Positions 1 through 9,268 of a DNA stretch of 55,570 nucleotides are shown here, one piece after another. A model generated the notes under the pieces. It saw only the letters and a list, made by a program, of their open reading frames with translations, had not been told where the DNA came from and did not search any database. Position 1 is the stretch's first letter. Each line of letters opens with the position of its first letter. The translations under genes were made by a program, and so were the position numbers. The stretch covers positions 1 to 55,570 of the forward strand of contig JAGGXV010000022.1 in the NCBI GenBank assembly GCA_021162885.1. Reading direction: 5' to 3'. The stretch is from a bacterium. Lineage in GTDB: Bacteria > Patescibacteriota > Minisyncoccia > Minisyncoccales > CG1-02-41-26.

Positions 1-83
1 CCAATCAATTTTAGCCAAAGCAAAAACTCTGCTCTTCGCAATTTTTAGTCGCCAATTGGGCGATTTTTTGGTAGAATGAAAAT

Positions 84-803
84 ATGATGAAAAACAAAAA
101 GGGTTTATTGGCAATTCTCCTGGGGCTTTTAGCCATTTTACTTACTCTATTAGGAGCGGATTTTCACCAGGGCCAGTCATCTCTGCCAGAAGCCAAAGAG
201 GTTAAAGTAGAAGAAATAATTGACGGCGACACCATTCGAGTAAGAAACCTTCAGAACAACGAAATCTTCAGAGTCCGCTATTTAGGAATTGATGCCCCCG
301 AACTTGAGGGTCCAGATTACCAATCCTGCTTTGGCTCTCAAGCTAAAGAGAAAAACGAAGAACTGGTTTTAGATCAAAAAGTGCTTTTGGAATTTGATAT
401 AGATAGGTATGACCGATTTGGCCGAACCTTAGCTTATGTTTACACTTTAGATGAAGATGGAGAAAAAGATATCTTTGTTAATCTTTACCTTCTCCAGGAA
501 GGTTATGCTCGATTTTATCTTGATAAACAAAATACCTTATGGCAAAAGGAACTAGCTGAAGCTGCCCTTTCAGCTCACGATGAGTTTTTAGGTCTTTGGG
601 GTTCTTGTGGTGAAGACCAGTTTGATGGAAAATGCCTGATTAAAGGCAATGTGGGCTATTGGGGGCAATCCTATCGAAAATACTACCATCTTCCAGGAGA
701 CAAATATTATTCACAAACCAAAATCAACCTTCTCAAAGAAGACCAGTGGCTCTGCACTATCGAAGAAGCCCAAGCCAAAAACTTCCGCCGAGCCCTTAAA
801 TAA
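84..803 (+). CDS. Secreted/membrane-anchored thermonuclease (SNase-like) with C-terminal IKGN-type accessory domain
   Basis: N-terminal hydrophobic segment; SNase motifs IDGDTI, VRYLGIDAPE, DRFGRTLAYVY, LLQEGYA; C-terminal IKGN...YHLPG...Y...CT.EEA segment. Confidence 0.9.
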   Translation: MMKNKKGLLAILLGLLAILLTLLGADFHQGQSSLPEAKEVKVEEIIDGDTIRVRNLQNNEIFRVRYLGIDAPELEGPDYQSCFGSQAKEKNEELVLDQKVLLEFDIDRYDRFGRTLAYVYTLDEDGEKDIFVNLYLLQEGYARFYLDKQNTLWQKELAEAALSAHDEFLGLWGSCGEDQFDGKCLIKGNVGYWGQSYRKYYHLPGDKYYSQTKINLLKEDQWLCTIEEAQAKNFRRALK

Positions 804-839
804 TGGTTCATTTTTGGACGATCGTCCAGATTTGAACCA
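804..839. repeat. CGATCG-centred palindrome
   Basis: TGGTTCA..TGGACGATCGTCCA..TGAACCA immediately after the nuclease stop codon. Confidence 0.75.
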
Positions 840-875
840 ATTTGCTTGACGGAAATGAATTTATTTAATAAATAA

Positions 876-907
876 GCCGCACTTCGGACTTCGGTTAGGA
901 GTGCGGC
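876..907. terminator. GC-rich hairpin, possible terminator
   Basis: GCCGCACT...AGTGCGGC stem followed by a T-rich tract. Confidence 0.5.
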
Positions 908-974
908 GCTTCTTTTTGAAACCAATGAATTATATTTGATTGATTTTTAATTAATAGTATGTTATTTTAATACA

Positions 975-1259
975 ATGAAAAAGGTTTTTTATACAGCGCA
1001 CTTGAAATTTAGATTAAAAACAAGAGAGATTCCTTATTCTCTCCCAAAGAAGATTTATCAAACCTCAAAAGAACATTATTTCGACAAAGAAACACTTAAA
1101 AAAGTAGCCGTAAAGAAAGTAAAATTTAAAAAGAGATTAAGAGAAATGGCAGTAATTTATGAAGAAATAAACAGTCAAATAAATCTCATTACAATCCATC
1201 CCTTGAAAAATTATCAGAAAATTAGTAGGATAAAATCAGGGAGATGGCAAAAGCTATGA
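975..1259 (+). CDS. Small basic protein, putative toxin (DUF4258/RelE-BrnT-like)
   Basis: YTAHLKFRLKTR N-terminus and LITIHP C-terminus resemble DUF4258-like toxins; directly upstream of a DUF2283-like gene. Confidence 0.55.
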   Translation: MKKVFYTAHLKFRLKTREIPYSLPKKIYQTSKEHYFDKETLKKVAVKKVKFKKRLREMAVIYEEINSQINLITIHPLKNYQKISRIKSGRWQKL

Positions 1260-1489
1260 AAAAATTAAATTCTCAAAAAATAATAAGCTACGATCGAAAA
1301 AGCGATGTGCTTTATCTTGGAGTAAAAAAGGGGATTGAAGAAGAATTCGTTGAAGTTTCTCCGGGAATTAATGTTGAGCTTAACCAAAATGGTCAAGTAA
1401 TTGGCATTGAGATTTTGAATGCCTCTAAAATATTAAAGTCAGTAGTAAAACCTCTCCAGAAGCAGATCTTAGAACCAGCGATTAAATAG
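1244..1489 (+). CDS. DUF2283-family protein, putative antitoxin (start may be 1256)
   Basis: YDRKSDVLYL ... GQVIGIEILNAS is typical of DUF2283; the second ATG overlaps the upstream stop (ATGA). Confidence 0.8.
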   Translation: MAKAMKKLNSQKIISYDRKSDVLYLGVKKGIEEEFVEVSPGINVELNQNGQVIGIEILNASKILKSVVKPLQKQILEPAIK

Positions 1490-1515
1490 AAAGCAAACTT
1501 GATTTTTATTATGCT

Positions 1516-1546
1516 AAAAATTCCGAAAACGGTTCTCGGAATTTTT
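1516..1546. terminator. Intrinsic terminator
   Basis: AAAAATTCCGA / TCGGAATTTTT inverted repeat followed by T tract. Confidence 0.7.
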
Positions 1547-1739
1547 TATTTTTTGAAAAAGCTACCAAATTGGAGGATCTTTCAAACTTGAAACCTTTTA
1601 CCCTTCACTTTCATCATAACATTCACACACCTTACTTTTGATACCTGCGATCGCATGTACCAAAATGTAATTTTCTTAACTCACTGACGATCGTGGGTCG
1701 TTTAAGTAAATTGGGAAAATTAGTTTTTTGATGTAAAAT

Positions 1740-1777
1740 TTAAATTGGGATATGAAAATTAAATTGGGATATGAAAA
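1740..1777 (+). repeat. 19-bp perfect tandem duplication spanning the dinB start
   Basis: TTAAATTGGGATATGAAAA x2. Confidence 0.9.
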
Positions 1778-2844
1778 ATAGAATTATACTTCACATTGAT
1801 ATGGATTATTTTTTTGCTCAAATCGAGGAAAGAGAAAACCCTCAGTTTAAAGGGAAACCCGTCGTGGTTGGAGCTGATCCAAAAGAAGGAAAGGGCAGGG
1901 GAGTTGTTTCAACAGCAAATTATATTGCCAGAAAATATGGAATTCACTCAGCAATGCCAATTTCCAAAGCTTATCAACTTTGTCCGAAAGCTGTGTTTTT
2001 GCCGGTGAATCATGAACTTTATCAGAAAGTTTCTGAAAATATAATGAATATTGTCAAAAAATACTCTCCTCGTTTTGAGCTCGTTTCTTTAGACGAAGCC
2101 TATTTAGATCTATCAGAAACCGTCGTAAAACCATTGCTATGGCAATCTTATTACGATAGTTATAAAAAGGGAGAAGTACTGGCAAAGAAACTTAAGAAAG
2201 AGATTTTTAAAAAAGAAAAACTAACTTCAACAGTTGGTATAGGGCCGAATAAATTGATTGCTAAAATGGCTTCAGTAGAAGCTAAACCCGATGGACTCTT
2301 GGTGATTAAACCAAATCAAATTCAAAAATTTCTCAACCCCTTAGATGTTGAAAAAATTCCTGGAGTTGGGCCAAAAACTGCTGAGGTTTTAAGGAAATTA
2401 GGAGTAAATAAAATAAAAGAGTTAAGCAAAATTAAAAAATCAAAATTAAAAGAAATTTTTGGCAAAGTAGGGAAGGATATTGCTGATAAAGCCAGAGGGA
2501 TTGATAAATCAGAAGTTTGTCCAAAAACAGAGGTTAAATCTGTTGGCAAAGAACACACTTTCGACAAAGATACTCGAGACCCAGAAATTATTTTTCCAAC
2601 TTTTGAAAAAATTATCAAAGAAGTTTGGCAAGAACTTCAACGAGGAGATTTTTCAATTCAGGGAGTTAGCGTTATTTGTCGATTTCAAGGATTTGAGACA
2701 AAATCCAAACAAAAGAGTTTTGAAAAAGCAAAATCTAATCTTGAATTTTTAGAAAAAACTGCTAAAAAATTATTATTGGAACTTCTCTTAAAGAATCAAA
2801 ACTTGGTTAGATTAATTGGCTTAAGAGTGAAAGTTGAAGAGTAA
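1771..2844 (+). CDS. dinB: DNA polymerase IV (Y family)
   Basis: ILHIDMDYFFAQIE, VVSTANYIARKYGIHSAMP, SLDEAYLD, NKLIAKMAS, KPDG, IPGVG. Confidence 0.96.
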   Translation: MKNRIILHIDMDYFFAQIEERENPQFKGKPVVVGADPKEGKGRGVVSTANYIARKYGIHSAMPISKAYQLCPKAVFLPVNHELYQKVSENIMNIVKKYSPRFELVSLDEAYLDLSETVVKPLLWQSYYDSYKKGEVLAKKLKKEIFKKEKLTSTVGIGPNKLIAKMASVEAKPDGLLVIKPNQIQKFLNPLDVEKIPGVGPKTAEVLRKLGVNKIKELSKIKKSKLKEIFGKVGKDIADKARGIDKSEVCPKTEVKSVGKEHTFDKDTRDPEIIFPTFEKIIKEVWQELQRGDFSIQGVSVICRFQGFETKSKQKSFEKAKSNLEFLEKTAKKLLLELLLKNQNLVRLIGLRVKVEE

Positions 2845-2878
2845 AGGTTGAATAGAAAGTCAAATTGGTTTACAATAT

Positions 2879-4090
2879 ATGATAATGAGGTGGATAAAAA
2901 GAATAATTTTGGTCTTGGTCATTTTAGGAGTTGGTTTTTTTGGTTATCAAGTGGGAGTTTATGTTGGAGAAGAAAAAATTCTTGGCACCCCTCCTCAAAT
3001 AATAAGCCAAGATGGGGAAATACCTGAAAAAGTTGATTTTTCTGTTTTTTGGGAAGCCTGGAGAAAAATAGAGAGCGATTTTCTGAAGAAAGAAAAAATT
3101 AATTACCAAGAAATGGTTTATGGAGCAATCAGAGGAATGCTGGAAACTTTAGAAGATCCTTACACTACCTTTTTTGATCCTCAAGAGGCAGAAGAATTTG
3201 AAGAGGAACTTTCAGGAAAGTATCAGGGAGTGGGAATGATGATTGGAATTAAAGAGAATCAATTAACCGTGATTTCACCTCTTGAAGGAAGTCCGGCTCA
3301 AAAAGCAGGTTTAAGAGCTCGCGATAAAATTCTAAGAATTGATGGAACCTACACAAAAGATATTTCAATTGAGGAAGCAGTAAAGTTAATAAGGGGAGTA
3401 AAAGGGACCAAGGTTAAACTTTTGATTCAACGAAAGGGCTGGCCAGACCCCAAAGAATTTGAGATTCAGAGAGAAGTAATAAAAATCCCTACCCTAAAAT
3501 GGGAATTAAAAGAAGGCAACATCGCTTTAATAGAAATTTTTCAGTTTAATAAAATTTTGACTTCAGAATTTAAAAAAGCGGCCGTTGAAATTTTAAACTC
3601 TAAAGCCGAAAAGATAATTCTGGACCTCCGGAACAATCCAGGGGGCTATTTGGAGGTAGTCCAAGAAATTGCTGGCTGGTTTTTAGAGAAAGGTCAGGTT
3701 GTTGTCTGGCAGGATTGGGGGGAAGGCAAAAAGAGAAAGGCCTTTCGATCAAAAGGGCCTTCCAAATTTTCCCAATATCCAACTTTGGTTTTGATAAATG
3801 AGGGCTCCGCTTCTGGGGCGGAAATTTTGGCTGGTGCCCTAAGAGACAATCGCCAAGTTCAATTAATTGGAGAAACTTCTTTTGGCAAGGGCTCGGTTCA
3901 AGAGCAAGTTTTCCTTTCAGATGATTCTTCTCTGAAAATAACAATTGCCAATTGGCTGACTCCCAATGGAAATTTAATCGATGAGAAAGGGCTAGAGCCC
4001 GATATTAAAGTCGAGTTAACCGAAGAAGATTTAAAAGCTGGAAGAGACCCTCAACTTGAAAAAGCGATTGAGCTCCTGAAATCTAAGTAA
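2879..4090 (+). CDS. ctpA: Carboxyl-terminal processing protease (S41) with PDZ domain
   Basis: N-terminal TM, DPYT, PDZ (GSPAQKAGL), LDLRNNPGG, SASGAEILAGAL, GKGSVQ. Confidence 0.95.
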   Translation: MIMRWIKRIILVLVILGVGFFGYQVGVYVGEEKILGTPPQIISQDGEIPEKVDFSVFWEAWRKIESDFLKKEKINYQEMVYGAIRGMLETLEDPYTTFFDPQEAEEFEEELSGKYQGVGMMIGIKENQLTVISPLEGSPAQKAGLRARDKILRIDGTYTKDISIEEAVKLIRGVKGTKVKLLIQRKGWPDPKEFEIQREVIKIPTLKWELKEGNIALIEIFQFNKILTSEFKKAAVEILNSKAEKIILDLRNNPGGYLEVVQEIAGWFLEKGQVVVWQDWGEGKKRKAFRSKGPSKFSQYPTLVLINEGSASGAEILAGALRDNRQVQLIGETSFGKGSVQEQVFLSDDSSLKITIANWLTPNGNLIDEKGLEPDIKVELTEEDLKAGRDPQLEKAIELLKSK

Positions 4091-4160
4091 TAAAATAAAG
4101 TAAAAGTATCCATTTAATGAGGTGTCAAAATAATGTGTTTATTTGTTAAGAACTTCTAAT

Positions 4161-4616
4161 ATGAAAGTTATTTTACTAAAAGATATTGAGAAACTTGGCA
4201 AGAAATACGAAGTTAAAATTGTTAAGGCGGGCTATGCCAGGAATTTTCTAATTCCAAGAGGTTTGGCTAAAATCGCTGATGAAAAAACTCTGGCATGGGC
4301 CCGTAAACAGCAAGAATTGATGGAAAAGAAAGCCGAGAAAGAATTAAAAAAGATAGGTGATTTAGTTTCAAAAATAGATGGTCTCGAAGTGGAAATTCCA
4401 GTTAAAATAGGAGAAAAAGGGCAATTTTTTGAAAAGGTAAATGAGCAGAAAATTGCCTCTAAATTAAAAGAATTAGGATACGACATTAAAAAAAATCAAA
4501 TAGAAATTCCCCAAGAGATAAAAGAACTGGGTGAATTTGAAGTAAAAGTTAAATTTGAGCATAATTTGGAGGCTCAAATAAAACTGATAGTGGTTGAAGA
4601 GCAGAAAGGGAAGTAA
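4161..4616 (+). CDS. rplI: 50S ribosomal protein L9
   Basis: [14 protein letters not shown]...[16 protein letters not shown]; start set at the ATG giving MKVIL. Confidence 0.97.
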   Translation: MKVILLKDIEKLGKKYEVKIVKAGYARNFLIPRGLAKIADEKTLAWARKQQELMEKKAEKELKKIGDLVSKIDGLEVEIPVKIGEKGQFFEKVNEQKIASKLKELGYDIKKNQIEIPQEIKELGEFEVKVKFEHNLEAQIKLIVVEEQKGK

Positions 4617-4655
4617 ATTATAAATTATTAACGCTAAATTGTAAATCGTTTTTTT

Positions 4656-6308
4656 ATGGCAAAATATATTTTTATTGCTGGAGGTGTAATGTCGGGTATT
4701 GGCAAAGGAGTAGCTACTGCCTCCATTGGCAGAATTTTAAAAAGTCGAGGGTTCTCCGTTCAAGCGATTAAGATTGACCCTTATATTAATTTGGATGCGG
4801 GCACAATGAATCCAATTGAGCATGGAGAAATTTTTGTCACCGATGATGGAACTGAGTGTGATCAAGATGTCGGTAATTACGAAAGATTTTTAGATCAAGA
4901 TTTATCTACCGATAATTATATTACCACCGGTAGAGTTTATCAGGCAGTAATTGCCAGAGAAAGAAATTTAGGATACGGAGGTAAATGTGTTGAGGTGGTG
5001 CCCCACATTCCCGAAGAGGTAATCCGGAGAATAAAAAAATTAGAAAAGCAAAAGAAAGCCGATTTCTGTTTAATCGAAATCGGTGGGACAGTAGGGGAGT
5101 ATCAGAATCTTTTGTTTTTGGAAGCGGCAAGAATCTTAAAACTTCGATATCCCCGAGATGTCGTTTTTATTTTAGTAAGTTATTTGCCAATACCAAAGAT
5201 GATAGGGGAGATGAAAACAAAACCAACTCAGCACGCAGTAAGAACATTAAATACAGCTGGTATTCAACCAGATATTATAATAGCTAGAGCACAAGTTCCT
5301 TTAGACGCTCCCAGAAAAAGGAAAATTTCTATCTTTTGTAATGTTGCTGAAAAAGACGTAATCTCTGCCCCCGACATCAAATCAATTTATGAAATACCGG
5401 TTAATTTTGAAGAAGACAATTTGGGAAATCGGATTTTGAGAAAATTCAATCTAAGACAAAAAAAGAGCGATTTGAGAAAATGGCGAAAGTTGGTTAAGTC
5501 CATTGAGAATCCTGAAAAAGAAGTGAAAATTGGGATGGTTGGGAAATACTTTAAAACTGGAAAGTTCACTTTAATGGACTCTTATATTTCAATAATTGAA
5601 GCAATAAAACATGCCTGTTATTCTTTAAAAGCTCAACCTAAAATTATTTGGCTCCAAGCTGAAAAATACGACCCCGCAGAAAACCCAAAGGGTGCTTACG
5701 GCGCAAGAAGAGATCTCAAAAAAGACCTCAATAGTTTAGATGGTGTGATAGTGCCAGGTGGTTTTGGAAGTAGGGGAGTAGAAGGGAAAATTAAAGCCAT
5801 ACAATACTGTAGAAAAAATAAAATTCCCTTCTTAGGGCTCTGTTTGGGAATGCAATTAGCGGTAATTGAATTTGCCAGAAATGTCTGCGGATTGAAAAAT
5901 GCTAATTCGACTGAATTTTTGACAAATTGTCAACAAAATGTTATAGATGTAATGCCGGACCAGAAAGAAAAAATATCTCAAAGAAAATATGGCGGAACAA
6001 TGAGATTGGGCGCTCATCCTTGCCGTTTATTAAAGGGAACTTTAAGTCGTAAAATTTACAAAACTTCCCTTATCTCAGAACGGCACCGTCACCGCTATGA
6101 ATTAAACAATAAATTTAAAGAGATTTTAGAGAAAAATGGTTTGATAATGGCAGGCGTCAACCCCGAAAGAAATCTCGTAGAAATTGTAGAGATCCCAAAT
6201 CACCCTTTCTTTATAGCTACTCAATTTCATCCCGAATTTAAATCAAGGCCCCTAAGGCCTCATCCATTGTTCCGGAAGTTTATTCAGGTCTGTTTAAAAA
6301 AGAATTAA
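4656..6308 (+). CDS. pyrG: CTP synthase
   Basis: GGVMSGIGKG, KIDPYINLDAGTMNP, VPGGFGSRG, GLCLGMQ, ERHRHRYE, QFHPEF. Confidence 0.98.
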   Translation: MAKYIFIAGGVMSGIGKGVATASIGRILKSRGFSVQAIKIDPYINLDAGTMNPIEHGEIFVTDDGTECDQDVGNYERFLDQDLSTDNYITTGRVYQAVIARERNLGYGGKCVEVVPHIPEEVIRRIKKLEKQKKADFCLIEIGGTVGEYQNLLFLEAARILKLRYPRDVVFILVSYLPIPKMIGEMKTKPTQHAVRTLNTAGIQPDIIIARAQVPLDAPRKRKISIFCNVAEKDVISAPDIKSIYEIPVNFEEDNLGNRILRKFNLRQKKSDLRKWRKLVKSIENPEKEVKIGMVGKYFKTGKFTLMDSYISIIEAIKHACYSLKAQPKIIWLQAEKYDPAENPKGAYGARRDLKKDLNSLDGVIVPGGFGSRGVEGKIKAIQYCRKNKIPFLGLCLGMQLAVIEFARNVCGLKNANSTEFLTNCQQNVIDVMPDQKEKISQRKYGGTMRLGAHPCRLLKGTLSRKIYKTSLISERHRHRYELNNKFKEILEKNGLIMAGVNPERNLVEIVEIPNHPFFIATQFHPEFKSRPLRPHPLFRKFIQVCLKKN

Positions 6309-6318
6309 GAATTAAGAA

Positions 6319-6594
6319 TTAAGGAATAACTTCTACTACTTTTGCTTTTCTTCGAGAACCGGAAAATCTCTTTTTTCTCTTAGTTTTAAATTTAACCACC
6401 CCTGATTTTTGAGCAAAAAGAGTATAATCTTTCCCAATCCCCACATTTTTCCCAGCTAAAAACTTTGTGCCTCGCTGACGCACCAAAATCTCGCCCGCTT
6501 TTACCTTTTGGCCCTCATATCGTTTAATTCCTAAATATTTTGGCCGAGAATCTCTTCCTAATTTTGTTGCTCCTTTTGACTTTGTTTTAGCCAT
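6319..6594 (-). CDS. rpmA: 50S ribosomal protein L27
   Basis: [30 protein letters not shown]. Confidence 0.97.
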   Translation of the reverse strand: MAKTKSKGATKLGRDSRPKYLGIKRYEGQKVKAGEILVRQRGTKFLAGKNVGIGKDYTLFAQKSGVVKFKTKRKKRFSGSRRKAKVVEVIP

Positions 6595-6620
6595 AGTTGT
6601 GTGCTAAAAAATTGTAAACT

Positions 6621-6660
6621 CTGTGATAAGGCAATGATATCTGTGATAAGGCAATGATAT
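6621..6660. repeat. 20-bp perfect tandem duplication upstream of rpmA
   Basis: CTGTGATAAGGCAATGATAT x2. Confidence 0.9.
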
Positions 6661-6815
6661 CAGATATTAAACAATTTTTCAAGATTCATTTAAACGACAT
6701 CCTTTTATTTTTACTAATTTTCCTTTTGTGTTTGCTCAGTTTCGGAGCTGGGATGCTAACTCAACACTACCTCCAAAAACCCCCATTAGAAATCAAGGAC
6801 GTGACTGAGTAAGTT

Positions 6816-8258
6816 TTAGATTTTAAATTCTATTGCGTATTCCTCACTAGGGACGAGTAAAAAATAACTGTTCTTCATTGTCAGAAAATTATACCATAAT
6901 TTATATAAAGAGACAGTGCCCACTTCAATGTAAAGCGGATTTTTTGAATTCGAGTAAACTCCTAAATCCGCTCTCCCATAGTTTAAAATAGGTTCAGTAA
7001 GGGTTTTATAATGTTGTAATCTAAAATAATGAGAGATTACATCTATCATTCTCCTATGCCATTCTTCACCATGTTTACTTATTTTTTGAATTTTTTTCTG
7101 TTTCGTTAAACCACTCCATAGATCTTTTCCCTTCTTAGCTTTAAATCTGGTAGTTTCAACTTTCCCACTCGTGATTAAAATTGCTAACTTCCTCAAAAGA
7201 CATTCATCACAGTTAATTAATAAGTGTTTCTGTTTATAGCTCTCAGGTAAAATTGAGATATTGTCTTTGAGCCATGTTATTTCTTTGTTAATGCTAGTTT
7301 CAACAATATTCCAAGGGAGAAGCTGAGGTCTTGTTCTATCTTTATTTGAATCTTTGGTAGTGATAAATTTATTGGTAGTGATAAATTTATAAGTATTTAC
7401 TACTAGATCTTTATGGTGTGAGAGTTTTCCAGTAATCTTTATATCATTTTCTTGATTCAAAAGGATGAGAACGTAAGCATTTCGTAAATTTTCAGGAGTA
7501 AGCGATAAGGACAGATTAGCCTTTATCACATATTTTTTTACGATATTTTCTACAGAACGCGCCGTTAAACGAGAGGATGCTTGTTTTGGGCCTTTATATC
7601 TTATAAATAGTGCTCTTGACTTATCATTACGTTTTTGAAGATATTTCTTTAGCCAATTTACAGCATTTTTTGGGAGATACACGATAGTGGAATAAGAAAA
7701 TTTTTTATCAGGAATTTTTAGTTCTAATCTATTGTTATCCGATTCAATTTTTATTTCATCTCTGTTAAGAGCTATCAGATTTTTAAGCTTCAATCCAGTA
7801 GCCAAGAGAAGTTCTAAAAGAGCTCTATCCCTAAGACCTGTGATAGTAGAAGTTTTTGGAGCTTGGAGTAACTTTTTTATTTGGTAAAGTTCTAACTTTT
7901 CTATAGTTCGATGAGAAGAACCCTCGTGTTTTAATAGTTTAACCTTTTTAGGGTGTAAAGATGGAATATCTTTCTCAAGAAAGTATGCAAGTAAATTTCT
8001 GAGGCCTATTAAATATAGGTTTTGAGTATTATTACTTAAATTCTGTTTAGATAAATAAGCTTTATATTCATTAATAATTTCTTGAGATAATTTGTTAGGC
8101 AATAATCTGGTTCGAGAAGTTTTTTTGAGCCAGATTTCAAATTTATCTAGGAGTCGTGTATATGTCACAATAGTTCCTTGAGAGTATTTTTTATTTTCAT
8201 AATATTCTAAAAAATCTGAGATATGAGCAATTATAGGTTTTTTTGAAGAGTTATTCAT
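6816..8258 (-). CDS. Degenerate Xer-like tyrosine recombinase fused to a C-terminal PD-(D/E)XK/CoiA-like domain
   Basis: First ~290 aa parallel the neighbouring Xer (YLIGLRNLLAY, GLRDRALLELL, RLTARSVENIVKKY) but catalytic motifs are altered (TGLK, TPENLRN); C-terminus has EEWH...TEP..GRADL...YIEVG. Start placed at ATG 8258, which overlaps the Xer stop and matches the Xer N-terminus. Confidence 0.75.
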   Translation of the reverse strand: MNNSSKKPIIAHISDFLEYYENKKYSQGTIVTYTRLLDKFEIWLKKTSRTRLLPNKLSQEIINEYKAYLSKQNLSNNTQNLYLIGLRNLLAYFLEKDIPSLHPKKVKLLKHEGSSHRTIEKLELYQIKKLLQAPKTSTITGLRDRALLELLLATGLKLKNLIALNRDEIKIESDNNRLELKIPDKKFSYSTIVYLPKNAVNWLKKYLQKRNDKSRALFIRYKGPKQASSRLTARSVENIVKKYVIKANLSLSLTPENLRNAYVLILLNQENDIKITGKLSHHKDLVVNTYKFITTNKFITTKDSNKDRTRPQLLPWNIVETSINKEITWLKDNISILPESYKQKHLLINCDECLLRKLAILITSGKVETTRFKAKKGKDLWSGLTKQKKIQKISKHGEEWHRRMIDVISHYFRLQHYKTLTEPILNYGRADLGVYSNSKNPLYIEVGTVSLYKLWYNFLTMKNSYFLLVPSEEYAIEFKI

Positions 8259-9243
8259 TATTTTTTTTAAAGTTTTTATCGAATTTCCTGCCACTGTGGA
8301 ATTTCCGATGTATATCCCGTAGACGTTTACTAGTGACATGAGTATAAATTTGGGTAGCAGCGGGGGTTTTATGACCTAAGAATTCTTGAAGAGTCCTTAA
8401 ATCAACCCCTTGTTCTAAAAGATCGGTACTAAAAGAATGACGCAGGACATGCGGTGTGGTTGTTAGTGGTAAACCGGCTTTGATAGCATATTTTTTTATA
8501 CTTTTTTGTATTGAGCGGGGAGTTAATCTTCGAGAAGTGCCTTTTTTATTTTTATAGTTAATGAATAATGCTTTTTCCTTATCTTTTCGAGTTTGAAGAT
8601 ACTCTTTCAACCAAAATATTGCCCTTTCGGAAAAGTAAACTGTTCTTGGTCTACCGCCTTTCCCGATGATGACGATTTCTAAATCTCTTGTGGTAGGTTT
8701 TAATTTAATTTGTTCTCGGTTTAAGCTAACCAATTCGGCTATTCTCATACCTGTAGAAAATAATACTTCTAAGATAGCCCTATCCCGCAATCCATTAATT
8801 TTTGAAGTGTCCGGTGATGAAAATAGTTTTTCCAGTTGTTCTAAATTTAAAAAATTTACAATTCTTGTATCTTTCTCTCTTGGTAACTTAATTTTTTCAG
8901 CAGGTAAAGCCACAATATCTCTGTCCGCAAAATAGTTTAACAAAGACCTTAATGCTATTAGGTAGTAACTTTGAGTTGTTTTGGCTAAGGTCTTTTTTTC
9001 TTTAAGAGCATATTTTTTGGGAGTATATTGACGAGCTAAGAATGCTCGATATTTCCAAATATGCTCTGAAGTAAGCTGATGAGGTTTTATATCTTCTAAT
9101 TTGTTTAATCGTAACCAAATTAAAAATCTTTTTAAAAATCGTGCATAATTTTCTTGGGATTTCGAACTCAAACCCTTCTCAATCTCTAACCAGTCGAGAA
9201 AATCGTTTAGATGCTGGGGGATTGGTTTTTGGCTTTTTTTCAT
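8251..9243 (-). CDS. Xer-family tyrosine recombinase (XerC/XerD-like), catalytically intact
   Basis: STGMRIAEL, GKGGRPR, TPHVLRHSF, LGH, TQIYTHV: full R-K-H-R-H-Y set. Confidence 0.95.
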   Translation of the reverse strand: MKKSQKPIPQHLNDFLDWLEIEKGLSSKSQENYARFLKRFLIWLRLNKLEDIKPHQLTSEHIWKYRAFLARQYTPKKYALKEKKTLAKTTQSYYLIALRSLLNYFADRDIVALPAEKIKLPREKDTRIVNFLNLEQLEKLFSSPDTSKINGLRDRAILEVLFSTGMRIAELVSLNREQIKLKPTTRDLEIVIIGKGGRPRTVYFSERAIFWLKEYLQTRKDKEKALFINYKNKKGTSRRLTPRSIQKSIKKYAIKAGLPLTTTPHVLRHSFSTDLLEQGVDLRTLQEFLGHKTPAATQIYTHVTSKRLRDIHRKFHSGRKFDKNFKKNNE

Positions 9244-9268
9244 AGTTTGCTGATTTTACCTATATTAT

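Noticed and set aside
8259..8339. 27-codon N-terminal extension of the Xer-nuclease ORF given by the track
   Set aside because: It overlaps the xer 3' end; the ATG at 8258 matches the paralog's N-terminus and gives typical translational coupling
6816..9243. Tandem recombinases as a prophage, ICE or integron integrase locus
   Set aside because: Flanked by housekeeping genes (rpmA, gltX); no att-bounded cargo, attC array or recognisable IntI-specific insertion
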